Shown here: in pieces, positions 27,036 to 38,186 of the stretch
How positions within the stretch are numbered: the stretch's first letter is position 1
Layout of the letters: the number at the start of each line of letters is the position of its first letter
DNA from: a virus
Length of the DNA stretch: 64,000 nucleotides
Virus record (IMG/VR): IMGVR_UViG_3300048507_000465
Coordinates: 18,017-82,016 of that record
Reading direction: 5' to 3' (one strand)
Notes under the pieces: generated by a model
What the model was told of the DNA's origin: nothing
The model's input: only the letters and a program-made list of their open reading frames with translations
Databases searched by the model: none
Position numbers and translations under genes: made by a program

Positions 27036-28865
27036 ATGGCAGAATTAAAATTTTTATCAAGCGTCAGAGCTACCGCGAATCAAATTAAAACAGATTCGCG
27101 TACATATATCTCAAGGGTATACAAAAGAGCTGATACGCTTTTTACCGAGGCATCACCATTTGCTCAAATAATTTCAGTATTTTCTGAGTTATATGAGTTA
27201 ATAATGTTTTATATAGAGGATGCGCTCGTAGAACAAAACATATATACAGCACAACAGGCAGAATCCATATATGGAATGTCTAGGCTTACTGGACATGATG
27301 CAACTAGGGGTTTTGCAGCTACTGGAGAAATTCAATTTAGATGGAAGCCAGGAGCAGACTTAAGTAAAATAGCTGGAACTGGTTTAAATATAGATTCTAG
27401 GGCAGAATTAAAATTTGATGTAAATGGTTTAACATATACATTACTTACGTCTAAAGATAGATTTAGATTAGAAAAATCTAATATGACTCAAATTACTACT
27501 CCAATTATACAAGGTCAGTTTGAATCTCAAACTTTTACTGGAACTGGTGAAAACTTACAGTCCTTTAATATACAAACAGTATCTTTAACTGATCATTCTA
27601 AAGTTAGCGTATCTGTTAATGGAGAACGATGGGCTAAACACGAGTCGTTATATGATTTATTAAATAATGAAAAGGGCTATTTATTAAAAACAGGAATTTC
27701 AGGTGGAATAGATTTGTATTTTGGCAACGGTGCGTTCGGCGCAGTTCCAATTGCAGGGTCAGCAATAGAAGTAGAATATGTTAAACATGTTGGATTTTCT
27801 GGAAATTTAGATGACGGGCAAGATCTTACTGTAAAATGGGATGCGGATGGTACAGATTCATTAGGTAACGAACATGACCTAAATGAATATTTAGATGTTA
27901 CTATTACTTCATCACCAAAGATGGGAGCAGATAGAGAGTCTACTGATTTTACTAAAATTATGACACCTCTCGCTAGTAAATCTTTTGTTTTAGCAACACC
28001 AGATAATTATGAATACTTCTTATCAAGATATGGTTTATTCTCGTATATAGATGCCTATAATACTACATCAGACCAATATTTAGATGATGATAATGTTATC
28101 TACATATTTGCAGTGCCGGATGTAAAAAGAAAATTAGCAAAGTCACAGGATTATTTTTCTATCCCGGAGAACGAAATGTTTTTTGACCAAAATGAATATG
28201 ATAAAATGTCTAAAGTATTACAGGATAGTGGACAACAAATGGTAACTACTGAAGTTGTGTTTGTTCAGCCTAAGGTTAGAAAATATAGTATGGATATTAA
28301 TGTTAGATATTTTGAAGGGTTTACAAAACAAGAAATATTTACAGATATTAGAGCGAAGGTAAGTGATTATCTTTTAAATATTACTAGAAGGGATAAATTA
28401 CCAAAGTCTGATATTATTTATATTTTAGAAGAGATAGAAGGCGTGGATGCTGTTAACGTTAGATTTATATCTGAGACTGAAGAAACTGCTAGAAGGTTGG
28501 GTTATTTTGAATCTAAAACTATTTCTGTAGTTCCACAAGAGCCTGTTATTTTAGAAGAGATTGGAAATGGAAAGCAAAAGTATATTTTCTTTAAGCAAGT
28601 TGAAGAGGTTCAAACCGTAAAGGTCGATGATACGACACAGATACCATATACAGTAGCAGGTTTAGATGAGTGGGGAGATATTATTATGGAGAAAGAAGAA
28701 GTTGCAGTATTTAGAGGTGGATGGCAAGATAGAGATGGTGACGATATAGTAGATGAAGCATTAATAAATGCTGAAGCTGCACTAAGTGTTAATTTTGACG
28801 AAACACCAGTACCTAGAACTATTTATACTAGAGTTCAGGCTGGAAATAGAAAAGCATTGAAGTAA
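27036..28865 (+). CDS. baseplate wedge protein gp6/J-like
   Basis: Follows gp25; TAQ..SIYGMSRLTGH, LYFGNG.FG..P, GADRES, LATPDNYE, IEGVDAVNV. Confidence 0.82.
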   Translation: MAELKFLSSVRATANQIKTDSRTYISRVYKRADTLFTEASPFAQIISVFSELYELIMFYIEDALVEQNIYTAQQAESIYGMSRLTGHDATRGFAATGEIQFRWKPGADLSKIAGTGLNIDSRAELKFDVNGLTYTLLTSKDRFRLEKSNMTQITTPIIQGQFESQTFTGTGENLQSFNIQTVSLTDHSKVSVSVNGERWAKHESLYDLLNNEKGYLLKTGISGGIDLYFGNGAFGAVPIAGSAIEVEYVKHVGFSGNLDDGQDLTVKWDADGTDSLGNEHDLNEYLDVTITSSPKMGADRESTDFTKIMTPLASKSFVLATPDNYEYFLSRYGLFSYIDAYNTTSDQYLDDDNVIYIFAVPDVKRKLAKSQDYFSIPENEMFFDQNEYDKMSKVLQDSGQQMVTTEVVFVQPKVRKYSMDINVRYFEGFTKQEIFTDIRAKVSDYLLNITRRDKLPKSDIIYILEEIEGVDAVNVRFISETEETARRLGYFESKTISVVPQEPVILEEIGNGKQKYIFFKQVEEVQTVKVDDTTQIPYTVAGLDEWGDIIMEKEEVAVFRGGWQDRDGDDIVDEALINAEAALSVNFDETPVPRTIYTRVQAGNRKALK

Positions 28866-28866
28866 T

Positions 28867-29139
28867 ATGTCATTATATAAAGATTTATTTTCATATAAAA
28901 AGAAAAGGCTATACAAGGTTTCTAAGCATAGAAAGGATGCTAGATTAAATATTAGCTATGATTATCAGTCTAATGGTCTATTACACAGGATGTTATCTAA
29001 ACATATTCAACGTAATAAAATTATACAAAACTTTATTGGATTTTTAGATGATTATCTATTAAACTCATTAAGGGGTGTAAAATATTTAAAGGGATATAAA
29101 AATTATACAGTAGAAAAAGAAGATAAAAGTATTAGATAA
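28867..29139 (+). CDS. small basic hypothetical protein (baseplate region)
   Basis: Coupled ORF of 90 aa. Confidence 0.65.
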   Translation: MSLYKDLFSYKKKRLYKVSKHRKDARLNISYDYQSNGLLHRMLSKHIQRNKIIQNFIGFLDDYLLNSLRGVKYLKGYKNYTVEKEDKSIR

Positions 29140-31892
29140 TGTGGAGTAATTTAAGATTTTTTAATGGAGTGACTTCCGAATTTCAATTTACACAATCTAT
29201 AATAGATGGTGTTTGGGAAGGTAATATCTTTATGCCTGAAGTATCTACTCAGTTATACGAGACTATTAATCTTTTTATATTGGAAGATTGTACTGTAAAT
29301 GGAGAGCCTGGTATTAATAAACCGGTTTCCCCTGATAACACTATTACTAAATTTAAGTTTGAATGGGAACCGACTCCTATCGGAGACTCTGAGGATATTA
29401 TCATGTATGGTACTACGATTAACGAGGGTAAGGCCATAATTAAAGAAATTAAATCCCAAGAACTAGATTTAGCTCTATTTTCAACAATTGATTCTCAGGA
29501 TTCTAATTATTTAAAAGATCTTAACACTGGTGAGAATGTGGCACTGCAGGTTAATTTTGCTATTAACTCAATAGTGGAAGGTCCTCATGGTAGAACTCTT
29601 TTAATATATGCAGGTGGTGATATTATTGCTCGTATTAGATTTTATGGAGAAGTTGAGGGTGAAGATGAAAGATTGAAAGTTTTGTTAGCTAACTTTGGTG
29701 CAACATTAGATGATTCTGATTTTTTATTATTTAAGTCACATGATATTTCAGAGATGTCGCCTGATTACCAACTATTAAATCAAAAAAGAAAAGAATTATT
29801 ACTAGAGCTACATAATATAAAGCCGTTTGTTGGAACATATAAAGCAATATTAAACGCAATAGATTTTTTCGGATATGATAAAGTAACTCTTAAAGAGTAT
29901 TGGATAAATGTAGATAAAGGCTCTAAAACTTTTGGTAAGCTCCATGCAGTTCCTGTACCTAATGCTTCAGTTAGGGGAGAGATGACTAGAAAACTATTAA
30001 AGTTTAAAGTTCCATCTGCTACTCAAAAGAAAACTAGTAGATTTTCATTAGTTTATAGATTAAACGAGCCTAATGGAACGTTTGACCAGTGGGATATTCC
30101 TAATGTTGAAGAAACTTTTGATTATACCCCAGATGAAGTACTAATTAAATTATATGGGTTAAAGGCAAAGTTACAAAAAGATTATTTACCGCTTGAAGCT
30201 AAGATAATTGATATTACCGGAGAAGGTGATTATTTTACAAATAGAAATTTAAATATTTGGAAAATTCAAAACCCAATTGGCTTTTTTACAGAGGGTCATA
30301 GGATTAAATTTGATGTGTTTCCAAATGATAGAGACCTTTATATTGAAGATACTTCAAATGTTTTAAAATCCATATTAGACCAAAATGATAGTTCTAGTAA
30401 CTATGATAGTTTTTTAAACCTTAAGCCAGCAGAAGAAGGTACTTTAACAATGTCTCAAAGGACTGAAATGAAAAACATATACGAGGAGTTTTACAAAACA
30501 TACCATGACAGAGATTTAAATTCATATAATGAAAATATTCCGATCGGTTGCCCCGTTATTTTAGACGGAGTTCCTTCATTTGATGATATATGGGATGAGG
30601 CTAATTTTGTCTGGGATGATGCTGTTGATGCAAATCAAAACTTAAGAGTAACATGGGATAATTGGTGGAAAAAATGGGTTTATGAAATTGAATGGTTAAT
30701 TGACGGGCCTAATGGCCTACACCAGGAATATAGAGGTCCTGTAGATGATTTTAAAAGATTGCCTGTTAGTTTACCATACCCTGGATCTTATACTGTTGAG
30801 ATGAGAATTTATGACTTGTTTGGTCATATGTCTTTCTATAAAGAAAAGGATTTATTTGAAGTTAAGTTAAAAGACTTAGAGTTATATGGTATCTATAAAT
30901 GGTTAGATACTGATATTAGTAATAAAACTTTTACATGGAATAAAAAAGATTTAGATTGGAATCAATCTGGTGGGTATTGGGATTTTTCACAAGATAATTA
31001 TACAAAAATAGAAGATCATATTTCAACGTTTTATTTAACAATGGATAGATCTAATTATGTACATGTAGAAGAAGACCAGGGTGTAAGGTTTTCAACTGTT
31101 AGAAGGTATGTAGATCCATATTCTGATTCTGGTTTTAGTGAAACTGCAGGACCATACCAATGGGATGAGAGTACTTTTAGGTGGAAAGACACTAATAATC
31201 TATGGTGGGAAGCAATGAGGGTCGGCCCTGATTTAGCATCTTCGTTTAAAATAGATTGGATCGAACAAGGGGATACTCTTAGAATTATATTTAAAGATCC
31301 GACCACGGGTACAACAAATACTGCTAACCATGTTATTACATCTCCAACACCAGCAAATGCACAGGATGTTTCTGCTTGGGAAGCAATCGCAAACGAATTA
31401 AGAAGTAGTAATAACTTTGTATTATCTAAATTTAATTTTAACCACGTTATTAATGATGCTAATAATGATAATATAATAGATACTTTCTTTTTTATCCTGG
31501 TAACAGGTAAAGAATATTCAAAAACTTATGATTTTGAAAGTGTTAGAATCATTAAATCTAACCCTGCTTCAATTTCAGCAGTTAGTGGTGAAAACCATGT
31601 AAAACATTACAATCCTACATGGGATGATACGAGAGTATTTAAAAACCATGCAACCGTAGAAAGGTCTACGCATTTAACTATATCAACTGATATTTCTAAG
31701 TTTCCTGGAGCTAAAAATCCTAAATGGACTATTACTAATCTAAGTAACCCAGAAATCAATGATATATACTATAATAATATGTGGCTTACGTATATTTTCA
31801 AGGAACCGGGTGATTACGAAATCCAACTTGAAGCGGAAGATACATATAATAACAAAAACGCCATAAGGCGTAATATGATAAAAGTAAAATAA
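29139..31892 (+). CDS. baseplate wedge protein (gp7/tail protein I-like) with PKD-like domains
   Basis: GTYKAILNAIDFFGY motif; PGSYTVEM and EPGDYEIQLEAED Ig/PKD-like segments. Confidence 0.55.
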   Translation: MWSNLRFFNGVTSEFQFTQSIIDGVWEGNIFMPEVSTQLYETINLFILEDCTVNGEPGINKPVSPDNTITKFKFEWEPTPIGDSEDIIMYGTTINEGKAIIKEIKSQELDLALFSTIDSQDSNYLKDLNTGENVALQVNFAINSIVEGPHGRTLLIYAGGDIIARIRFYGEVEGEDERLKVLLANFGATLDDSDFLLFKSHDISEMSPDYQLLNQKRKELLLELHNIKPFVGTYKAILNAIDFFGYDKVTLKEYWINVDKGSKTFGKLHAVPVPNASVRGEMTRKLLKFKVPSATQKKTSRFSLVYRLNEPNGTFDQWDIPNVEETFDYTPDEVLIKLYGLKAKLQKDYLPLEAKIIDITGEGDYFTNRNLNIWKIQNPIGFFTEGHRIKFDVFPNDRDLYIEDTSNVLKSILDQNDSSSNYDSFLNLKPAEEGTLTMSQRTEMKNIYEEFYKTYHDRDLNSYNENIPIGCPVILDGVPSFDDIWDEANFVWDDAVDANQNLRVTWDNWWKKWVYEIEWLIDGPNGLHQEYRGPVDDFKRLPVSLPYPGSYTVEMRIYDLFGHMSFYKEKDLFEVKLKDLELYGIYKWLDTDISNKTFTWNKKDLDWNQSGGYWDFSQDNYTKIEDHISTFYLTMDRSNYVHVEEDQGVRFSTVRRYVDPYSDSGFSETAGPYQWDESTFRWKDTNNLWWEAMRVGPDLASSFKIDWIEQGDTLRIIFKDPTTGTTNTANHVITSPTPANAQDVSAWEAIANELRSSNNFVLSKFNFNHVINDANNDNIIDTFFFILVTGKEYSKTYDFESVRIIKSNPASISAVSGENHVKHYNPTWDDTRVFKNHATVERSTHLTISTDISKFPGAKNPKWTITNLSNPEINDIYYNNMWLTYIFKEPGDYEIQLEAEDTYNNKNAIRRNMIKVK

Positions 31893-31898
31893 ACTAAA

Positions 31899-32465
31899 AT
31901 GGCAAACATTACTGAAATCTTAGGTACCGACTCGGTATCGTCTTCAAGACCAACTATTAATAGTAACTTTGAGTTATTAAATGATGAATTGGCATCGGTA
32001 ACTGCATTATTAAATCCTACTACTTCTGTAATAGAGAATTTGACTAGTGCAACTACAAACTCTTTAACCGTAAATGATAATGGTAACCTTTTTGTTGTAA
32101 CATCAGGTGGTGCAATATGTACTACTTCTTTACAAGCAAATGGTACATTTACATTAGGTGGTAAATTTGTAAAGTCTGGATCACTTGGTACTCCATCTAC
32201 TCCGACTACAACAAATACACCGTCATCGATTACTAAGAGTAATTACTTTATTGATGCAGATTTTACAATTCCAACAGCAGTTGATGGTGTTGAAGTAACC
32301 CTTTTAAATGTAGGAAGTTCTGCAACTGCAGTTCTTGCTGGTACAGGAGGCGTTACTTTAGGAGCAACTTCAATATCTTTGGATGGACTTAACTCTACTG
32401 TAACTTTAAGATGTTTTGAAAACAAATGGTTTGTAATAAGCTCAAACGCTTGTACAATCTCATAA
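31899..32465 (+). CDS. short tail-fibre/baseplate appendage protein
   Basis: ITEILGTDS..INSNF anchor motif; beta-rich C-terminus. Confidence 0.55.
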   Translation: MANITEILGTDSVSSSRPTINSNFELLNDELASVTALLNPTTSVIENLTSATTNSLTVNDNGNLFVVTSGGAICTTSLQANGTFTLGGKFVKSGSLGTPSTPTTTNTPSSITKSNYFIDADFTIPTAVDGVEVTLLNVGSSATAVLAGTGGVTLGATSISLDGLNSTVTLRCFENKWFVISSNACTIS

Positions 32466-32491
32466 TAATAAATTAAACCGAAACCTAATAG

Positions 32492-34432
32492 ATGGCAACT
32501 CCTTTAGTTAGAATACCACAGCCACAAGGTGGCACCATGTATGCTTTTGCATCGTCTGCAAGAGATATGACTAGAGCGTTTAATAGTGCTGACTTAAATT
32601 TCGAATTTAGTAAATTTGCTTTACTAGATTTACCGGACTTTACAGACTCTGTTAATAACTCTAATACTATCGATTTCCAGACTAATCTTAAGCAACCTTC
32701 TGGACAGGCTTATGTTGCGGGTCAACCTAACGTTGATTTTGCACAGACCTTTCAGAACTATGCGTTAAATATGGAAGAACTTTTAGCAAAAGATGATGAT
32801 TATGATCCGATCATACTTCAATCTGATGCAGAAAAGATTTTCTTTAAGTGGTTATCAGCGTTAGGGGCTATCGACTTTAGGGCAACAGATTCTAACGAAT
32901 CTTCAACTGGAGCATATGCTGAAAATGAGACTATTACTCAAGTTGGTAGTAGTTATGATAAGGTAGTAAAATATCTTGGATCAATAGACGCTGAAAACGA
33001 TGTTGCATATAAAGGGAATACGTATCATGAGGTTTATATTAACGTACCTACTTCTGTAGGTTCTACTCCGCTAGTACTTTTTAAGCCTACGGGGTATAAT
33101 ACAACTGCAAATAAATTATATTTGTCAGATGTTAATGCACAAAACATAGAGGGCAGAGAGGGCCAAGTACACCCTGATCCTAATATTAATTTATTACCAG
33201 TAGTAGATGAGTATACACTAAGTTCAGGTGCGTATTACGATATTGCTACTAATTCAACTAATTCAGTACAAATCGATTTTGATACTGCTTCGTATGAACC
33301 GGTGCAAAATAACCCAGATGTAAAGTCTTTATTAGACTACTCTAAAACAGGACAACAATTTAAATTTAATGCCGTATTAGTTTATTATGATTTATATAGT
33401 TCGTCTATTCCTGCAAATAGAGCAACAAATTTATATGGTATTTTAATACTAGATGATATACAAGATGCATATGGCCCTGGTACAAAAATACACGAACAAA
33501 TTAAGTTTAAGCCAAATGAAGTAACTGGCCTAAATGGTAATGCATATTCTTTAAAATTAAATCTTAAATTTAATTCATCGCTTGATAATGTTGGTGTTGA
33601 AACTAGTGTAAATGATTTCACTACGTTCTCTATGGATTTATTCATGGATACGACTACAGCACTTGAAAATGCAACAGACTTGCTTTTACAAGCAAATAAT
33701 AGATATGCTAAAATTGTAGATAGATTAGATAGTTTAGAAAATTTAATTTTAGGAACTGCTAAAGCTACGGAGTTAGAGAATAGAATAAAAGAGGTTGAAG
33801 ATGATTTAGTGGCAAGCTCTTTACAATTACAAGATTCTAGTGCTTTATTAACTTTAATTAATAATGCGCATGGAAAGATTAATTCATTAATAGATGGAAC
33901 AATCCCTGTTGAATTACAATATAATACAGATGTAATATTTGCTGGTAAAGGTACAACCGTAGATAAATCAGTTGCTGGTAAAATAAAGGTTAACAACTCG
34001 GTTGTCGGATACACTTTAAGTGAATTATTTAAATGGGATATTGCATCTAGTGTGGTTTTAACGCAAATTAATACAAGTAATTTATTTTCACCACAAGATG
34101 CAAACACAATAGGTATTTGGTCTAAACTAGTTCCATTTACAAATAGATTAAGTTTAAAAAATATTTTAGATTCTGGGTCGCTCAGCCAAAATTTAAATAT
34201 ATACATTGACGATTCCACTAACGGATGGTCTGCAGGTCAAACTATTAAAATAGCTTTTGATCCGATTGCAGTTAACGGAAATAATATTAAAATTTGGACA
34301 GGGGCAACTACATCATTCGATAAACCGATTGCAAATATTGACCCTAGTCAATTATTAAGCACATCTCCGTATATCGAGATTGTTTGTATAGATCCAACTA
34401 ATTATATTTTTGAAGCAGATATTTTAAGATAA
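32492..34432 (+). CDS. virion structural protein (baseplate/tail region)
   Basis: Context; beta domain, coiled coil, C-terminal beta domain. Confidence 0.6.
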   Translation: MATPLVRIPQPQGGTMYAFASSARDMTRAFNSADLNFEFSKFALLDLPDFTDSVNNSNTIDFQTNLKQPSGQAYVAGQPNVDFAQTFQNYALNMEELLAKDDDYDPIILQSDAEKIFFKWLSALGAIDFRATDSNESSTGAYAENETITQVGSSYDKVVKYLGSIDAENDVAYKGNTYHEVYINVPTSVGSTPLVLFKPTGYNTTANKLYLSDVNAQNIEGREGQVHPDPNINLLPVVDEYTLSSGAYYDIATNSTNSVQIDFDTASYEPVQNNPDVKSLLDYSKTGQQFKFNAVLVYYDLYSSSIPANRATNLYGILILDDIQDAYGPGTKIHEQIKFKPNEVTGLNGNAYSLKLNLKFNSSLDNVGVETSVNDFTTFSMDLFMDTTTALENATDLLLQANNRYAKIVDRLDSLENLILGTAKATELENRIKEVEDDLVASSLQLQDSSALLTLINNAHGKINSLIDGTIPVELQYNTDVIFAGKGTTVDKSVAGKIKVNNSVVGYTLSELFKWDIASSVVLTQINTSNLFSPQDANTIGIWSKLVPFTNRLSLKNILDSGSLSQNLNIYIDDSTNGWSAGQTIKIAFDPIAVNGNNIKIWTGATTSFDKPIANIDPSQLLSTSPYIEIVCIDPTNYIFEADILR

Positions 34433-34433
34433 T

Positions 34434-37400
34434 ATGAATACTAATAACTCAATATCCAACTCGCTAAAAAAGCTACTCGAAATTAATACAAATTCCTTAA
34501 AGGCATTTGAAAGAATAAACGAGGCTGTAACTACAGATCAGAAGAATATTCAATTAGAACTTCTTACTGAAGATGGTGGTACTAAGCTAGTTTCTATACC
34601 CGGATTTAATTTTATGAAAAGAGAGCTAGATAGGTTAGATACTAATCTTAAAGCTTTAACTGGATTGGGAAAAGGTAGTACTAAAATTAAACTACCAGAT
34701 GGAACTTTTCAAAATATTATTACATCTGAATTAAGTACTCCTGCTAATGATATTAGTATAGTTGCTAGACCTATTACATTTTCTACAAAACCTAATTATT
34801 TTGCAGAAGATTTTCTTAACCCTATACTTAAAACATCAATAGATGTAAGTGGCCAATTGCCAAACGACACGGAAAGGGTTTTAATTAAAAGAATTATATT
34901 TGATTCTACGAATCAAGTTGCAGTAGATTTCTTTAATGATAATTATAGAAACCAAGAAGAGATTGATTATTTAACAGCTCTTAGAGATATTACTAATAGC
35001 AATATTAGCTATATAGTTGACGAGGATTTAAGGGATATGCCATATAGAACTGGACAATATACTGGAAAGTTTGATGTTATATCAATTTCTAACTCCCAAA
35101 GAGAAGTTATTGTAAATGGTGTTACTACTAAAGCTGCTATTAAATTATATACATTAGATAGTTTAACTTATTCTGATAAATCTAAAGATCTAGATGATAC
35201 TGAATTACTACGCGTAGGTGATGAATTGATGGTTACTGGTGGATCTAAAAATACAAGATATAAAATCAGTAAGCTTGATGCTTCGACTCGTCAGGTTGAA
35301 TTAGAATTAGTCGAGGGATACCAACCTATTAAGATTGGAGGTTCTGTTTTAAGCATCTATAAAACTGAAGATGATAACTTACAAGTAGATATTCCATGTG
35401 GATTTAACGAAAGGGTGCTAATGTTTATGAAGGCAGTAGATCCTGTTTCTAAATTATTAGCAGAAAACTGGTCTCCTGGTATTGGGTTTTACACAAACGA
35501 GCTTACAATAACACAGGAAAACGGGCAAGAAATTACATTAGCAGATTTTTACAAAGATGAAGTTGCTGATTTTGCTAAAATGATTGAAGCGATTAAAACT
35601 GATTCAATTCCTCCTGCAACAGTAGGTGTCACGCCAGATGCCCCAGTATTAGATACTTCTAATTTTAAAGTTGTACAAATTAATAGCCATTTAACAGCAA
35701 ATGACGCTAAAGATAAAATTAAAAAATTAAATTCAGATAAAGTTTCTGTAGACGAAGCTATTAAAAAACTGGATGAGACTATTACTAAGAAAAGATCTGA
35801 GATAGCTACTAAAAAATATGAGTCTAAAGTTCAAAGAGATAAAGATAAAAATGAACTTAATTCATTAATTGAAGAGAGGGCTTCTGAGGCTAAGTTATTT
35901 AATTCCATAGTAACACAAATACAAAGTATTTCAAGCGAATCTAATAGCACTAAAATATCTCCTAAGTATAGAGTTAGAGGCTTTTGGGCAATTCCAAAAC
36001 CAAAGACTGTAGCTGCTACATTAGACCAGCAAGTTGTACAGTTTATTGTACAGTATAGATACTTATCTACTTCAGGTAAATCTGGAAATGCAGCTCAACT
36101 TAAATTTACAGATGATGGTAGAGAAAAAACAGCGGTATTTTCAAATTGGGTAGAATTTAAAACTAAACCTAGACCTAGGGCTAAATCTATAGATAGTGAT
36201 GGTAATGTTTCTAATAAGTTTACATGGCAAGAGTCTAAAATAGAAGATGGACAAGAGATTAATTTTAATCAATTAGATATTCCTATAAACCAGGGTGAAT
36301 TAGTAGAAATTAGAGTTAAATCTATTTCTGAAGCGGGCTATCCTGCAAACCCAATTATGTCAGATTATTCTGAGTCTATTTCAATGAACTTCCCGGAAGC
36401 TGAAATTGATACTACAGATACAGATGCCATTGTTCAACAAAATATAGCTGAACTTGCTAGAGTAAGAATGAACGAAGAATTAACTTCGCAGGGTGTTTAT
36501 ACACATGTTGAAGATTCGTTTACTGCTAATGAGAGTTATTATGCTCACGTTGCTACAAATATTGCATCGGGATTCTTATCAGAAGAACAAAAACCAATAT
36601 CTGTATATGATAAAATTGCAGAATTAGAAGCTCAAATTACAGCATTGAAAGGCGAGGTAGAGGCTGAAGTAGGGGAATTAGTAGTTAAAATAGTAGATGA
36701 CGCAGGTGTTGTTACAAATATTAACCCAGATACTACAACTCAATTATTTGCTGGATATTATGTTGATGAGGTTGCTGACCTAACAATTAGAAAAGGACAT
36801 ATTGTAACTAAAACATATAAGCTTCTTTTAGAAAATAGTAAATCTACTAAATTAGAATTAGTTTCTAGATTAATAGGTGATAGAACTAAATCAGCTTATA
36901 GATCTGCTAATGCAAGTTCTTTAGATAGTACAAATGGATTTGGTATTTCTACAAACGATAGTGGCGGTAATACACCAGATGTCAAAATAGATTCAGATAC
37001 TTATTACTTAACAGAAGGTAGGTATGAGTTAGCTCCGATACAATACCAGAATGTAGATCCTAGTTCATCTGATAACCTTAATGATTCTCCGTATCAATCA
37101 GCACAAAGAAGAGGTCAATTTGTATATAGTAGATATATGGATGTTGCAAATCAAAATCCACATTATTTAATTGAACCGACGGAAACTCAAGTAGGTAATT
37201 ATACTATATCAGACTATGAATACCCATTAAGCTATGATAATACTGCTTATGCAGCAGGTGGTAATACTGATTTCATATGGTCAGGTGATTTTAATGATTA
37301 TGCTGGTACATGGGACGCATCCAAAGTTCAAGTTACTAGTACAAATACAGTAGGTTTATATGATTACAATAGGGGTCTTTTTATACATAAAGACCATCCT

Positions 37401-38111
37401 TTCTTAGAAAATGTATGGGAAGATGCAGTTGCTAATAGTAATACTACGGATTTAAGTGCCGTTAAAAATAGTATGATATTCTCTATGCCTAAAACTGCTA
37501 CAATAGCAACAGGTGCTACTTTATTTAGCTTTTTTGGATATGATAATTCATTAGATGTTGTAAAAGCTAAACAACAGATGGCATACCATAGTGGAACAAA
37601 TTTAAATGAATCGGGCGGTAACCTTGATAGATCTATTAAAATGTCATTTGACGAGGCCGACCAATACTTACTGGGCGGTAGATCTTGTGGAGCTTTCTTA
37701 TTTATGTCTCCAGTAAATATGGATACGTTAAAAGTTGGAGGCGAAACTAGAAAAAGTAAAAAAGAAATAAAACCTAAGAAAAGTAACGAATCTAACGCAG
37801 TATCTGTAGATCTTACATTCCAATATAGAATGACAGATTATTATGGTAATAATGAAGAACTGGATACTGGTAGAGTTGGAGGTTTTGCTAGATTAGCCTA
37901 TAATAATTTGACATATACTAAGAAAATGGGATTAGATATTTTTGATAAGTATGGTGAACAATTTTCTTTTGATTTAGAAGTATTTGCTAAGTATAGCCCT
38001 AAGGGTAAAAACTTAAACTCTATAAAAGCTGCTAGATTAACTAGAAATGTTACAAGTACTCCAATCCAACCATGGTATACTCAAGTCGGAGGTAGGAATA
38101 TTCTGCAATAA
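34434..38111 (+). CDS. large virion structural protein with coiled coil and FN3-like segment
   Basis: 1225 aa; coiled coil around aa 425-500; VEIRVKSISEAG..SDYSE FN3-like end. Confidence 0.6.
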   Translation: MNTNNSISNSLKKLLEINTNSLKAFERINEAVTTDQKNIQLELLTEDGGTKLVSIPGFNFMKRELDRLDTNLKALTGLGKGSTKIKLPDGTFQNIITSELSTPANDISIVARPITFSTKPNYFAEDFLNPILKTSIDVSGQLPNDTERVLIKRIIFDSTNQVAVDFFNDNYRNQEEIDYLTALRDITNSNISYIVDEDLRDMPYRTGQYTGKFDVISISNSQREVIVNGVTTKAAIKLYTLDSLTYSDKSKDLDDTELLRVGDELMVTGGSKNTRYKISKLDASTRQVELELVEGYQPIKIGGSVLSIYKTEDDNLQVDIPCGFNERVLMFMKAVDPVSKLLAENWSPGIGFYTNELTITQENGQEITLADFYKDEVADFAKMIEAIKTDSIPPATVGVTPDAPVLDTSNFKVVQINSHLTANDAKDKIKKLNSDKVSVDEAIKKLDETITKKRSEIATKKYESKVQRDKDKNELNSLIEERASEAKLFNSIVTQIQSISSESNSTKISPKYRVRGFWAIPKPKTVAATLDQQVVQFIVQYRYLSTSGKSGNAAQLKFTDDGREKTAVFSNWVEFKTKPRPRAKSIDSDGNVSNKFTWQESKIEDGQEINFNQLDIPINQGELVEIRVKSISEAGYPANPIMSDYSESISMNFPEAEIDTTDTDAIVQQNIAELARVRMNEELTSQGVYTHVEDSFTANESYYAHVATNIASGFLSEEQKPISVYDKIAELEAQITALKGEVEAEVGELVVKIVDDAGVVTNINPDTTTQLFAGYYVDEVADLTIRKGHIVTKTYKLLLENSKSTKLELVSRLIGDRTKSAYRSANASSLDSTNGFGISTNDSGGNTPDVKIDSDTYYLTEGRYELAPIQYQNVDPSSSDNLNDSPYQSAQRRGQFVYSRYMDVANQNPHYLIEPTETQVGNYTISDYEYPLSYDNTAYAAGGNTDFIWSGDFNDYAGTWDASKVQVTSTNTVGLYDYNRGLFIHKDHPFLENVWEDAVANSNTTDLSAVKNSMIFSMPKTATIATGATLFSFFGYDNSLDVVKAKQQMAYHSGTNLNESGGNLDRSIKMSFDEADQYLLGGRSCGAFLFMSPVNMDTLKVGGETRKSKKEIKPKKSNESNAVSVDLTFQYRMTDYYGNNEELDTGRVGGFARLAYNNLTYTKKMGLDIFDKYGEQFSFDLEVFAKYSPKGKNLNSIKAARLTRNVTSTPIQPWYTQVGGRNILQ

Positions 38112-38138
38112 ACCCACATTAGATAGTTAATAATCTTA

Positions 38139-38146
38139 GATATATA
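38139..38146 (+). promoter_or_regulatory. putative late promoter GATATATA
   Basis: Intergenic, upstream of the 2764-aa gene. Confidence 0.65.
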
Positions 38147-38186
38147 ATAGAGAAAGAAATATCTCTATAATAAGATTTTAAACTAA

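Noticed and set aside
13211-28865. Bacterial contractile injection system (eCIS/T6SS) locus
   Set aside because: The baseplate genes sit with a neck protein, T4-like replication genes and late promoters, and no bacterial housekeeping context is present. This is a phage tail module.
33385-34218. 277-aa minus-strand ORF and the other antisense ORFs in the track (e.g. 946, 1514, 5004, 23541, 38702, 53488, 62857)
   Set aside because: They lie within well-supported + strand genes, show the S/L/F/I-rich composition of antisense shadows, and have no promoter or motifs.
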